From positions 181,571 to 245,570 of the forward strand of contig CALKUP010000001.1 of NCBI GenBank assembly GCA_937996685.1: a DNA stretch of 64,000 nt. The letters run 5' to 3'. Below, in pieces: positions 42,374 through 51,423 of this stretch (positions are counted from its first letter, which is position 1; every line of letters begins with the position of its first letter). This DNA is from an uncultured bacterium. GTDB taxonomy: Bacteria; Patescibacteriota; Patescibacteriia; UBA9570; XYC2-FULL-38-9. Made by a program: the position numbers and the translations under genes. The notes beneath the pieces are model-generated. The model did not search any database. It was not told the DNA's origin and saw only the letters and a program-made list of their open reading frames with translations.

Positions 42374-43821
42374 ACCTACAAACAATGACACTCCAAGAGC
42401 TGCGCACCGCGCTCGATGCAAAACAGATTTCGGCGCTTGATGTGACAAATAGTTATTTGGCGCAGATTGAAGAAACAAATCCGACGTTGAATAGTTTTAT
42501 TACAGTAACAGCAGAGCATGCTCGTGCTCGCGCAGCGCACGCGCAAAAAGAAATCGATGCCGGCAACAGTGGTCCGTTTACAGGCATTCCGTATGTCGCA
42601 AAAGATTTGTTCGCCACTCGTGGCATTTTAACAACCGCCGCTTCAGACGTGCTTGCAGAATATATTCCGCCATATAATGCGACCGTGATTGAAGATTTGG
42701 TTGACGCACCAATGCTCGGAAAAGCGAATATGGATGAATATGCAATGGGAACAACGGGTGAGTATTCGGCTTTTGGGCCAACAAAAAATCCATATGATCT
42801 CGCGCGTGTGTCGGGTGGCAGTTCATCTGGCTCAGCGGCCTCAGTTGCAAGCGGGCAAACCCCGTGGTCACTCGGAACCGATACTGGTGGCAGTATTCGA
42901 TTACCAGCCGGCTTTACACACACAGTTGGATTTAAACCGACGTACGGAACCTATTCACGGTACGGTGCGATCGCAATGGCGAGTTCGCTTGATACAGTCG
43001 GAACGTTTACGCGGACAGTTGAAGATGCGGCGTATCTGCTGGAACATCTTGCACACCGCGATCCGCTGGACACAACATCACGCGAAACAGTGAATCAGCA
43101 AGGGTTAACCGAGCGTGTGCGACAGGCTGATATCAGAGGCATGAAGTTTGGAGTGCCTCGAGAATTTATGGAATTAGAAGGGATGCAACCAGCTGTGAAA
43201 GAAGCATTCATGCACGCTATTGAAAAAATTACCGCAGCAGGAGGGGAGATTGTGGAGATTTCATTGCCGCACGCAGAATATGCAATTAATGCATATTATA
43301 TTTTAGCGCCATCCGAAGTGAGTAGTAACATGGCGCGATATGATGGCTTGCAATTTGGATCTCGTGCACTTGGAAATTCAATTGACGAGGTGATGATGAA
43401 CGCGCGCGCAAAATTTGGCGCTGAAGTGCAACGTCGTATTTTAATCGGAACATACACGCTCTCTGGAGAGTTTGATGAAAGTTTGTATCACATCGCATCA
43501 AAAGTGCGCACCTTAATCATCAATGATTTTGCAGCTGCAATGACGCAAGTCGACGCAATTATTTGTCCGAGTAGTCCAAGTATCCCATTTGCGTTGGGTG
43601 AAAATGCCAATGACCCACTCGCAATGTGGTTGCTTGATATCTTTACTGTTCCGATGAATCTTGCTGGCGTTCCAGCAGTGACAATTCCGGGACCGCTCGC
43701 ACATGGATTACCAGCCGGCATTCAATGTATTGGTGCGTATGGACGAGACGAGCAAACATTAGTGGCGGCAGCAGCAATGGAAAAGGTCTTGATGAGTACA
43801 TCTCCAGTTCTTGCGGTGTAA
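42370..43821 (+). CDS. gatA: Asp-tRNA(Asn)/Glu-tRNA(Gln) amidotransferase subunit A (amidase signature family)
   Basis: Amidase signature GGSSSGSAASVA; 483 aa. Confidence 0.9.
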   Translation: MNLQTMTLQELRTALDAKQISALDVTNSYLAQIEETNPTLNSFITVTAEHARARAAHAQKEIDAGNSGPFTGIPYVAKDLFATRGILTTAASDVLAEYIPPYNATVIEDLVDAPMLGKANMDEYAMGTTGEYSAFGPTKNPYDLARVSGGSSSGSAASVASGQTPWSLGTDTGGSIRLPAGFTHTVGFKPTYGTYSRYGAIAMASSLDTVGTFTRTVEDAAYLLEHLAHRDPLDTTSRETVNQQGLTERVRQADIRGMKFGVPREFMELEGMQPAVKEAFMHAIEKITAAGGEIVEISLPHAEYAINAYYILAPSEVSSNMARYDGLQFGSRALGNSIDEVMMNARAKFGAEVQRRILIGTYTLSGEFDESLYHIASKVRTLIINDFAAAMTQVDAIICPSSPSIPFALGENANDPLAMWLLDIFTVPMNLAGVPAVTIPGPLAHGLPAGIQCIGAYGRDEQTLVAAAAMEKVLMSTSPVLAV

Positions 43822-43877
43822 GGCGAGTTGGACGATAAAACGATTTCATGGTATAGTGCAGATAATAATATTGATAT

Positions 43878-44255
43878 ATGTCACAAGAAAAACAAACAGT
43901 ATTGCTCGTGGAGGACGACGAGATGCTTCACAACATGTATACCCAGAAATTCACAAAAGAAGGGTATGCGGTTCTTTCAGGGTACACTGGTTCAGAAGGC
44001 ATTCAACTTGCTGAAGAAAAACAGCCAGACATTATTTTGCTTGATATCATCATGCCAAAGATGGATGGTTTTGCCGCATTGAAGAAATTGAAAAAAAACG
44101 CTGCTACAAAAAATATTCCGGTGATCTTGCTGACGAACCTTGGTCAAGAAGAGGATATTCAAAAGGGGAAAGAATTGGGCGCGATTGATTATTTCATTAA
44201 AGCCAACCACACTCCTCAAGAAGTTGTTGATAAGGTGAAATCCGTCCTCTCATAA
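43878..44255 (+). CDS. stand-alone response-regulator receiver (CheY-like) domain protein
   Basis: LLVEDDEM...DIILLDIIMPKMDGF...K acid pocket; 125 aa with no output domain. Confidence 0.75.
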   Translation: MSQEKQTVLLVEDDEMLHNMYTQKFTKEGYAVLSGYTGSEGIQLAEEKQPDIILLDIIMPKMDGFAALKKLKKNAATKNIPVILLTNLGQEEDIQKGKELGAIDYFIKANHTPQEVVDKVKSVLS

Positions 44256-44279
44256 GAGATAGAGCGTCACACACAGTCT

Positions 44280-44306
44280 GAGCCCTTGATCGGGCTCGTT
44301 TTTTTT
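44280..44306 (+). terminator. rho-independent terminator (GAGCCC...GGGCTC followed by T8)
   Basis: Read directly from the sequence after the receiver gene. Confidence 0.65.
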
Positions 44307-44346
44307 GCTACAACTCACAGGTCATTTATTAACTAACTTTATTTTT

Positions 44347-44817
44347 ATGGCAATGGAACAAACTCTTATTATTGTAAAACCAGACGCGTTGCAACGAAAT
44401 CTTCTCGGTGAAATTATTCATCGTTTTGAACGCAAAGGTTTGAAGATCGTCGCATTGAAAATGGGACATATCACGGATGAAAAAGTAGCAGAACATTATT
44501 CACACCATGTTGAACGTCCGTTCTTTCCAGGCTTGAAGGCATTTATGCAAGCAGGACCAGTTGTGTTTGCTGTTCTCGAAGGTGTTGAAGCAATTGAAGC
44601 AGTTCGTATTATTGCCGGTGAAACAAAATCACGTACTGCAGACGCTGGAACAATCCGTGGTGATTTTGCGATGAGTATGCAAGCGAACATTGTGCATGCA
44701 TCTGATTCTCCAGAAAATGCTGTTGCTGAAATTGCTCGATTCTTTGCTCCGGAAGAAGTGCATGAATACAAAAAAGATTCAGATTCTTGGGTGTACTCAG
44801 AAGACGAACTTTCATAG
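44347..44817 (+). CDS. ndk: nucleoside diphosphate kinase
   Basis: MEQTLIIVKPDA, NIVHASDS (catalytic His); start moved to MAMEQT. Confidence 0.85.
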   Translation: MAMEQTLIIVKPDALQRNLLGEIIHRFERKGLKIVALKMGHITDEKVAEHYSHHVERPFFPGLKAFMQAGPVVFAVLEGVEAIEAVRIIAGETKSRTADAGTIRGDFAMSMQANIVHASDSPENAVAEIARFFAPEEVHEYKKDSDSWVYSEDELS

Positions 44818-44945
44818 TTGATTTGGCTTAGGGTGGTTGTCTCTCAAAAACCCGCTCGCGTTGCTCGCTGGCAGCCAAGCTGCTAATTGGTTTTGAGTAG
44901 ACAATACACCCTCCGCCCACCATCTCTATGCAGTGAGTAATCAAT

Positions 44946-45572
44946 ATGCAGAATATTTTTTTAGTTTATATTGGAAGGGATCAAAAAGATGTCCAGGCAT
45001 ACGAGTGTGTATTGTCTTTTTCGCAGCTGACAGTTGAAGAGGCGAGCGGTCGTCAGTTTGACGCCGATGATTTTGTTATTATTACAAGTGGAACAACACC
45101 GTATCACGCAGCAGCAGAAGATCCGGAAATGCAAAGCGTTATTGCGATGTTGCGTAAGCTCTCAAAGAGTCACACGAAGACGCTTGCAATTGGCGTTGGG
45201 ATGTCAGCGCTCGCACTGGCGTTTGACGGGGAAGTGGAAGATCATAGTGAGCGCGCAGAAGCAGGAGTTGTTGAAATTCATCGGCTCGCGCCAGCAGAAG
45301 GGGACGCGGTATTTGGTGATATTCCAGAAACGTTTTCGGCTGTTGCGTATCGGCACGATGACATTATGCAATTACCCATTGAGTTTGTGCCGCTGGCAAA
45401 TTCAAAGATGGCGCAATTTCATGCAATCAAACTCGCTGGGAAACCAGTCTATGGATTGCAGTTTGATCCGTTGTTGTCAGTAGCGCATGAGAATCTTTCT
45501 GTTGTTGATCACGTAACAATTCAACAGATGCTTGTCGATTTGTCACTCCCGGTGAAAAATGTGGATAACTAA
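44946..45572 (+). CDS. hypothetical protein, possibly a degenerate class-I glutamine amidotransferase-like fold
   Basis: A GVGMSALA loop sits where the GATase1 nucleophile elbow is expected (no Cys), and a YGLQFDP His/Glu-like C-terminal region follows; weak. Confidence 0.3.
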   Translation: MQNIFLVYIGRDQKDVQAYECVLSFSQLTVEEASGRQFDADDFVIITSGTTPYHAAAEDPEMQSVIAMLRKLSKSHTKTLAIGVGMSALALAFDGEVEDHSERAEAGVVEIHRLAPAEGDAVFGDIPETFSAVAYRHDDIMQLPIEFVPLANSKMAQFHAIKLAGKPVYGLQFDPLLSVAHENLSVVDHVTIQQMLVDLSLPVKNVDN

Positions 45573-45785
45573 GGGGTTTACACGATAATCGTTATTGTGT
45601 AGTATTAGCGCAGTTAATAATCTTTTTATGAAATCAGTCAAACAATCAGTACATCAATTTTGTTTGAACCTCCTCGTGGTGGCTGATTTTATCGTGTATC
45701 CGTTTGTTGCCATTATTACACGTTGGAACACTCGGGCGCATTTACTGAAAGTATAAGATTATAGAAATTTTATAAGGAATCAGTA

Positions 45786-45818
45786 AACGCCCGAGGAGAA
45801 ATCCCCGGGCGTTTTGAT
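45786..45818 (+). terminator. hairpin AACGCCCG...CGGGCGTT followed by TTTG (weak terminator/attenuator)
   Basis: 8-bp stem. The middle arm can alternatively pair with an upstream CTCGGGCG at about 45745. Confidence 0.4.
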
Positions 45819-46037
45819 TAACAGATGATTATCAAGAGGAGGAAAGTGGTAATTATCTGAGAATCAACAGCATTCTCAGCGCACCTTTTGACAATCTAGC
45901 AACGCACAACAGTGTACTCAATTGACCTATTGAATTGAGCTGTGGTGAGAAGAGACGATGACGTGTTTGTTCGCTCTTTTCACCCCGGCTCTTCAATAGA
46001 GCCATTGCCGCGACGAAAGTCGCATTAGGAGGGACAC

Positions 46038-46382
46038 ATGTCCCACACGTCCGCGCCTGCAGCCTACACGACCGAGAACGCTCGCGCGATTCATTACCTT
46101 CGATTGGTGTACTTGATCACCAATCATCCTAATGACTTTGCTGTTCCCGCTTGGAGGCGGGACGCAAAGCACCTCGCGAATCTCCTGAAGCGCAAGCTCC
46201 AGGCTGATGTCAGCGACCCTGAGAGCCTCCGTGTTTGGGGGTTGGGGTTCCTGGGTCACAACACGGTCGATCGGCAGTTCCTGTCGATCTCTGATCGCGC
46301 GGCTCAGCGCTTGTCTCATCCCCGGACGGAATCTCCTCGTCGCGCTCAGGGCAGCCAACGCGTCTCTCTCGCTGATTGCTGA
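46038..46382 (+). CDS. hypothetical protein (114 aa) on a high-GC island, with a GGAGGG ribosome-binding site
   Basis: SD 5 nt upstream of the ATG; the antisense ORF 45993-46436 was rejected. Followed by two hairpins (CGGAGACC/GGTCTCCG and GGCAAC/GTTGCC plus a T-tract). Confidence 0.45.
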   Translation: MSHTSAPAAYTTENARAIHYLRLVYLITNHPNDFAVPAWRRDAKHLANLLKRKLQADVSDPESLRVWGLGFLGHNTVDRQFLSISDRAAQRLSHPRTESPRRAQGSQRVSLADC

Positions 46383-46597
46383 CCTCTCCTCGGAGACCTT
46401 CGGCTTCAACCCCGCGGGTCTCCGGCATGGCAACACCTTTGTGCGTTGCCCATTTTCCGATGAACATAAATTTTGTGTTTATCGGTTGAGTGAAAAATTA
46501 TGTCTATACAATTCCGTTCAATTCAATCTATTGCAAGCCTCATTATTCTTTTGTGGCAGGATTTGTAGTGGATTGATTCTTTTATCAGCATACTGCA

Positions 46598-46626
46598 AAT
46601 CCTGCGACTCCCGCAGGATTTTTTAT
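46598..46626 (+). terminator. rho-independent terminator (AATCCTGCG...CGCAGGATT followed by TTTTAT)
   Basis: 9-bp stem read directly from the sequence. Confidence 0.55.
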
Positions 46627-46709
46627 TGCTCTTTTTATGTCCGCGCCACTTCCTGATGTGTGATGTATTGGTTGATAGTTGCCAATATATTTCACCTTAG
46701 GAGGATCAG

Positions 46710-46901
46710 ATGGACAACGCGTCTGTAAACGCTCTCACTGTCGCTACTTCTCAAGAGGATGGCGATGCTTCCCTGGATGTCGTCGATCCGCAGTCAGAGG
46801 AGACTTCTTCTCGTACTGTGCACTCCGATTGTGTGTGGGAGGGCGTGCATCGGCCGCTTCCGACTCATCAACCGCGTTGGTGGGGAGAGTGGGCATTCTA
46901 A
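46710..46901 (+). CDS. small acidic hypothetical protein (63 aa), candidate precursor-like peptide
   Basis: AGGAGGA 6 nt upstream; high GC; rich in Asp, Glu, Ser and Thr (TSQEDGDASLDVVDPQSEETSSRT) with a Trp-rich C-terminus (RWWGEWAF). Confidence 0.4.
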   Translation: MDNASVNALTVATSQEDGDASLDVVDPQSEETSSRTVHSDCVWEGVHRPLPTHQPRWWGEWAF

Positions 46902-47492
46902 CGACTAAAATAAAAAAGTCGTTGCATTGAGATGTGCATTTCTGTGTTGCATCTCAATTTTTCTTAGTATGAATAGATTGAAATCCTTTGCTGTCGTTTA
47001 AAATATTTTTTGAACACAGAAAAAGAGGCAAGAAGATGAAACGGGAAGTGGTGTGACAGAGGGTCACGATTTCTGTGTTTCTTCTTCTTGCGGCGGAGGC
47101 GGGGACTCCTGCTGGGAGTCAGTCGGCCAGACCAGCTCGTACGGGTCGTACATGGCATTTCCTTGGCTTGTTATGGCCACCCGGCTCCTCGACGGAGAAG
47201 CACGGAACTCCTGGGACAACAATTTATCCAAGAGGTCCCGCACTTCTCAACGTCTATATCAAAGAACAAGATTCAAAAAAACCGCTCAAGTGGCGGGTTG
47301 ATGATCTATTTGCGAGAACAATCAATTAACCCACCAGCGTGTGTGCAAAAAAGAATCCAAAAAAGAAGGATTGATCTGTGACACGTGTTGTGTGTAAGTG
47401 ATTATTCATACGTACAAATAGAATAGCAAACCATGAAAAATCGTCAAGACGAGCAAGGGATTGTCTGCAATAGGCTGATATCAGCAGAAAAT

Positions 47493-47523
47493 TGACAGAC
47501 AGCTGATTTTTGTTATAGTGATT
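47493..47523 (+). promoter_or_regulatory. sigma70-type promoter TTGACA-16-TATAGT
   Basis: ttgacagacagctgatttttgttatagt; drives an approximately 110-nt transcript that ends at the 47615-47641 terminator. Confidence 0.4.
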
Positions 47524-47614
47524 GCGTTATGAATATCTGCCTCTCATTTTTAAAGAAAGATAAGAAGATGAACCCTTTGCGTGGGTAATGTTTGACAGTG
47601 TCTAAAAACATTTC

Positions 47615-47641
47615 AAACTCCCCACGTCGGGGAGTTTTTTT
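47615..47641 (+). terminator. rho-independent terminator (CAAACTCCCC ACGT GGGGAGTTTG-like stem followed by T7)
   Basis: Near-perfect 9-bp stem, 4-nt loop, long T tract; 40 nt upstream of the 518-aa gene. Confidence 0.7.
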
Positions 47642-47683
47642 ATAACAGACAATTGGTTTTCCGTGTGTGGATAAGAGAGGAAT

Positions 47684-49240
47684 ATGTACACACGGGCAAT
47701 CAAGCCTGACAATCACGTTCTCCTGGGGGAGATCATGACGTCCTTTGATAGCTCTGGTTCTACTGCAACTGTTGCCCTGGCTAAAAATGAAGGCATTGAC
47801 TGGGGTGAATTTAAGCCCCGAAGCCTCGACGAGGTCGCGAAGTTGCTCGGCATTCCGCTGAGTCGCGTGCTCCTCTGTCACCAGTTCGTGAACCATGATC
47901 CGGCGTGGATCATTCGTGAAGCGGACCTTGATGCGTACTTGGTGCGCATGGGCGCGGTTTGGACGCATGGTTTCTGTAGGGGGCAGGTGCTGACAACGCC
48001 GATGCTCCCGGGTGTCGTGCAAGATCATCTGCGCCCCCTTGGCTTCGCTTGTCGGCTCATCGAGAGCGATCGACCTGACTCGAGTCTGCGTCACGGCGAT
48101 GCTTTCCGGTTTGCCGGACACGACAGTGCTCTTGTTCAAGGCTGGGCAGATGACAATCGTGTCCTGCTGGCCAGCTTGGTCAGCCGAGACATGTCTGCAA
48201 GTGGTTTGTCCCGCATTACGCGCGGGGTGAGTCTCATGGTCAACTCCAAGCCGGAAATGCGCCGCGGCGCTGAAAAGTTTGGATTTCGGATGGCACCTGG
48301 TGGTGTCGTTCGGACGCTCGCTGACTGCGAGCGCGTCTGGAGTACTTGCTCCGGTGGCCGCGACGGTGAGGCAGACGGCTTCACCATGTGGTTGAAGGCT
48401 GACGGGAGTGGCTCGGACTTCGTCATTCGAGTGCGTAACCGTTTAGAGCTTCACGTTGCCTGCTTGGAGATGGTCAAGCGCGTGCTCGAGGGTCACGCAA
48501 CCTTGCCGTCTCAATGCAGAAGAGAAGTGAACGGAACTGTAATTCGCGGTTGGCGGGACGTACTTGAACGTGAAGGCCCCTTGCCAGAGGGCTTGGGATT
48601 TCCGATCCCGTTTGTCCTTGAAACGGATGCGACCGTGCTCGGCGAATTAGTCGCTAGCATCTGCTGGCAGGCGTTGATCTGTCTAGACGGTACGACCCGT
48701 GTTGTTGGGCACTCGGATCAGATCTTGTCGCCCGACGGATCGGAATGGTGGGGTTCCAAGCGCTCCTCGCTTGAACTTCCACCAGACTTCCGTGATCAGG
48801 CCGAACGGCTCGTGAAGTGGTATCGCCACTGCGGCTACACCGGCTTCATCGGGCCGGACGCGATCATCGTTCGTAATCGTGAGACCCAGGAACTCCAGAC
48901 GATCTGGATCGACCCGAACGGTCGGGCAGCCATGAGCACGACGGCTTTCATGGTTAGCAACGCGCTGTTTGACGGCGAGGGTGGGTGGATCAACACCAAC
49001 CTCACTTTGAGTGAGCCGCTGCAGAACTACACCCAGCTCCGCCAGCTCATCGGCGGAACGCTCCTCGACCCCGGCGGGGAAGACGGCGTTCAGGGTGTGG
49101 TTCTCGCGACCCGCACTGAGCCGGGCGAGCCCAGTCCGGTTCTCAAGCTGTGGTTCGGAAGTCGAGACGGCAACGGACTCGCGGCCTGCGAGGCGATGCT
49201 CGCCAAGCTCCAAGTCCGTGGAGTCAAGATCGGCAGCTAA
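47684..49240 (+). CDS. hypothetical protein with an ATP-grasp-like C-terminal half (high-GC island)
   Basis: 518 aa. The C-terminal GFIGPDAIIVRNRETQELQTIWIDPNGRAAMSTTAFMV parallels the ATP-grasp Mg/ATP-binding region (compare carB FNIQF...VIELNLRASRS in this window). The N-terminal approximately 200 aa are unassigned. RBS-like AGAGGAA upstream. Confidence 0.45.
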   Translation: MYTRAIKPDNHVLLGEIMTSFDSSGSTATVALAKNEGIDWGEFKPRSLDEVAKLLGIPLSRVLLCHQFVNHDPAWIIREADLDAYLVRMGAVWTHGFCRGQVLTTPMLPGVVQDHLRPLGFACRLIESDRPDSSLRHGDAFRFAGHDSALVQGWADDNRVLLASLVSRDMSASGLSRITRGVSLMVNSKPEMRRGAEKFGFRMAPGGVVRTLADCERVWSTCSGGRDGEADGFTMWLKADGSGSDFVIRVRNRLELHVACLEMVKRVLEGHATLPSQCRREVNGTVIRGWRDVLEREGPLPEGLGFPIPFVLETDATVLGELVASICWQALICLDGTTRVVGHSDQILSPDGSEWWGSKRSSLELPPDFRDQAERLVKWYRHCGYTGFIGPDAIIVRNRETQELQTIWIDPNGRAAMSTTAFMVSNALFDGEGGWINTNLTLSEPLQNYTQLRQLIGGTLLDPGGEDGVQGVVLATRTEPGEPSPVLKLWFGSRDGNGLAACEAMLAKLQVRGVKIGS

Positions 49241-49358
49241 GTCTGTCGCATAGATGCGTTCACAAAACGTAACCGTGTAGACTTACTGTTGATTGGGGTG
49301 ATTGTGTATAACTCTCACCCCTTTTTATTTATTGTAATCAATACCGCTTTCGCGCAAA

Positions 49359-50927
49359 ATGTTCTATCATCATCCTATGAAACAACTTTTTTACAACGGA
49401 CAATTTTACACCGGCACATTTGAAGCTGATCCAACATCAGCTGATTTTGTATCAGCGATTCTGGTTGAAGACGGAATTATCACCCAGGTCATTAAAAATG
49501 AAGCTGACGTTGCAGAATTACAATCGAGCGTGGACGAAGTAATCGACTGCCGTGGACAGTGGGTGTTACCAGTCTTTGAAGATGCGCATAATCATCCAGG
49601 TAGTCATAGCCGTATTATGTTGGAATGTGATTTGCGCGATACAACAATGTCATGGCAAGAGGCTGTGGAGATAATTCGGCAATACAGCAAGACACAAAAA
49701 CCCGGAGATTGGATTGTTGTGCATGGCTGGAATTCAGCGCAATGGCCGGGTCTCTCAAAAATAGAACTTGATACTATTTCAACAGAGCATCCAATTATTT
49801 TGGCAGACCAAAGTTATCATAGTGGTGTGTGTAACACGCTCGCGGCAAAACATTTTGCACAACACCAACCGTCTGTAGTTATAAGTGATCAAGGCATTCT
49901 TGAAGAAGCGTCATTTGAAACAGCGTTTGATTCAACTGCTCCAGGGCCGGAAGTGTATGCTCGCGCAGTTAAACAATTTCAATTGAACGCCGCACAACTC
50001 GGCATTGGTAGTATGCATGAATTGGAAGTGCGTAGTCAGCAGCAGCTGGCCGCGTTTGCTGAACTTGAAAGAAATGATGAGGCGTTTATGGATGTGCCGA
50101 TTTTTATTACGCCTGCAGTATTTGATACTGATGAAAAACGAAATTTTTTGATTCAATTCATAGAAGAACAAAAACAGTGGAAGCATACACAAATCATCGG
50201 ATTAAAACTGATGATCGATGGTTCATTTGGAAGTTATACTGCAGCGCTCGCAGAGTCATATAAAAATCGAAACACGCATGGTGTTATCCGCACGCAGTTA
50301 GATGAAATTGCGTATTGGGTCGCACAAGCTGAGCAGTTCGGTCTCGCGCAGGTTGCAATGCATTGTATTGGTGATAGGGGAATTGAAACAGCACTGACAG
50401 CCATTGAGGCTCTCAAATCACGGCATCAACAGATACAACTGTGGCGCTTGGAACATGTTGAACTTCCAAGTAACGAGCATATACAAAAAGCAAAAGCGCT
50501 TGGTGTTGTGTTTTGTTTTCAACCAAGTTTTTTATGGGATGCGTTGAATTATGAAGATAGGTTAGGTGAGCGTGTGAATGCGTTAATGCCACTACGGTCT
50601 GTTATTGAGCAGGGACTTCCATTTGTGTTTGGTTCTGATGATCAACCAACTGGTCCAATTGCTGGTATCGATTGGGTGACTCGACGTGCGCCGTCATCTG
50701 CGCAACAAGTGACACGCTTAGAAGCGTTTCGTGCTTCAATTATTGATCCTCCAAAATTATTCACGGACACCTCACTTGATAATAATCGAGGACAGTTGCA
50801 GATTGGATATAAGGCGAATATAATGCTATTTAAAAGTGATGTATTTCAGATAACAGATGAAGTCTTTTATCAAGTGAATCCAAGTGCTGTATATATATCT
50901 GGCATGCTCGTAAGTTCGATGGAATAA
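49359..50927 (+). CDS. metal-dependent amidohydrolase (amidohydrolase-3 / YtcJ-like family)
   Basis: FEDAHNHPG metal-binding start of the fold, later His/Asp ligands; 522 aa. Confidence 0.7.
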   Translation: MFYHHPMKQLFYNGQFYTGTFEADPTSADFVSAILVEDGIITQVIKNEADVAELQSSVDEVIDCRGQWVLPVFEDAHNHPGSHSRIMLECDLRDTTMSWQEAVEIIRQYSKTQKPGDWIVVHGWNSAQWPGLSKIELDTISTEHPIILADQSYHSGVCNTLAAKHFAQHQPSVVISDQGILEEASFETAFDSTAPGPEVYARAVKQFQLNAAQLGIGSMHELEVRSQQQLAAFAELERNDEAFMDVPIFITPAVFDTDEKRNFLIQFIEEQKQWKHTQIIGLKLMIDGSFGSYTAALAESYKNRNTHGVIRTQLDEIAYWVAQAEQFGLAQVAMHCIGDRGIETALTAIEALKSRHQQIQLWRLEHVELPSNEHIQKAKALGVVFCFQPSFLWDALNYEDRLGERVNALMPLRSVIEQGLPFVFGSDDQPTGPIAGIDWVTRRAPSSAQQVTRLEAFRASIIDPPKLFTDTSLDNNRGQLQIGYKANIMLFKSDVFQITDEVFYQVNPSAVYISGMLVSSME

Positions 50928-51208
50928 AATTCACTCCATTATCACTAGTTGAAATTGCGTAATAATAGGAGTATATTATCTATACCGTGAGGAATTGACA
51001 TATCCAGCTTCACAAATTGTTTCCTGTATTGATCGTATTTCGAATAGAGCCTTGTTGCTCTCTTCGTTCAGATCACATGCGGTATATACGCGTTTTAATC
51101 AGCACCTGTCCGGGATTTCTCAGATTTGCGTTGTGCGAAACGATGAGCGCTTGCGCAAAGCCCAATTACTTTCAGGAAGCCTGGATATGCAGTTTCGTAG
51201 CGGTGCGT

Positions 51209-51283
51209 GCGGGTATCGTATAGTGGCTATTACGCGGCCTTCCCAAGGCTGAAAGAGGAGTTCGATTCTCCTTACCCGCTCCA
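51209..51283 (+). tRNA. tRNA-Gly (anticodon CCC) with genomically encoded CCA
   Basis: Manual fold: acceptor GCGGGTA/TACCCGC, anticodon stem CGGCC/GGCTG, loop TTCCCAA, T-arm AGGAG-TTCGATT-CTCCT, discriminator U, 3' CCA. Confidence 0.8.
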
Positions 51284-51423
51284 ACAAAGTAGATCACCAA
51301 AGTGCTTTGTATTTATGGGTATTTTGGTCCTAGGAAAATGTACTGATAACAGGAAGGTGCGAACTGATAAGAGAAATATGATATAGTGCTGAGGATATAT
51401 AACAATACACGCATCATCATTCT

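Noticed and set aside
45993-46436. 147-aa minus-strand ORF overlapping the 114-aa plus-strand gene
   Set aside because: High-GC DNA yields long open frames on both strands. The plus-strand frame has a canonical GGAGGG-N5-ATG site and better GC3 bias, so the antisense ORF is likely spurious.
46964-47381. Several overlapping 60-100-aa ORFs on both strands in the 47040-47340 high-GC patch
   Set aside because: The frames are mutually exclusive and low-complexity. Only a short GC3-biased minus-strand frame (MYDPYELVWP...) looks coding-like, and even that is too uncertain to list as a feature.
47513-48139. 208-aa minus-strand ORF antisense to the 518-aa gene
   Set aside because: Fully embedded antisense in a high-GC coding region; no RBS; typical shadow ORF.
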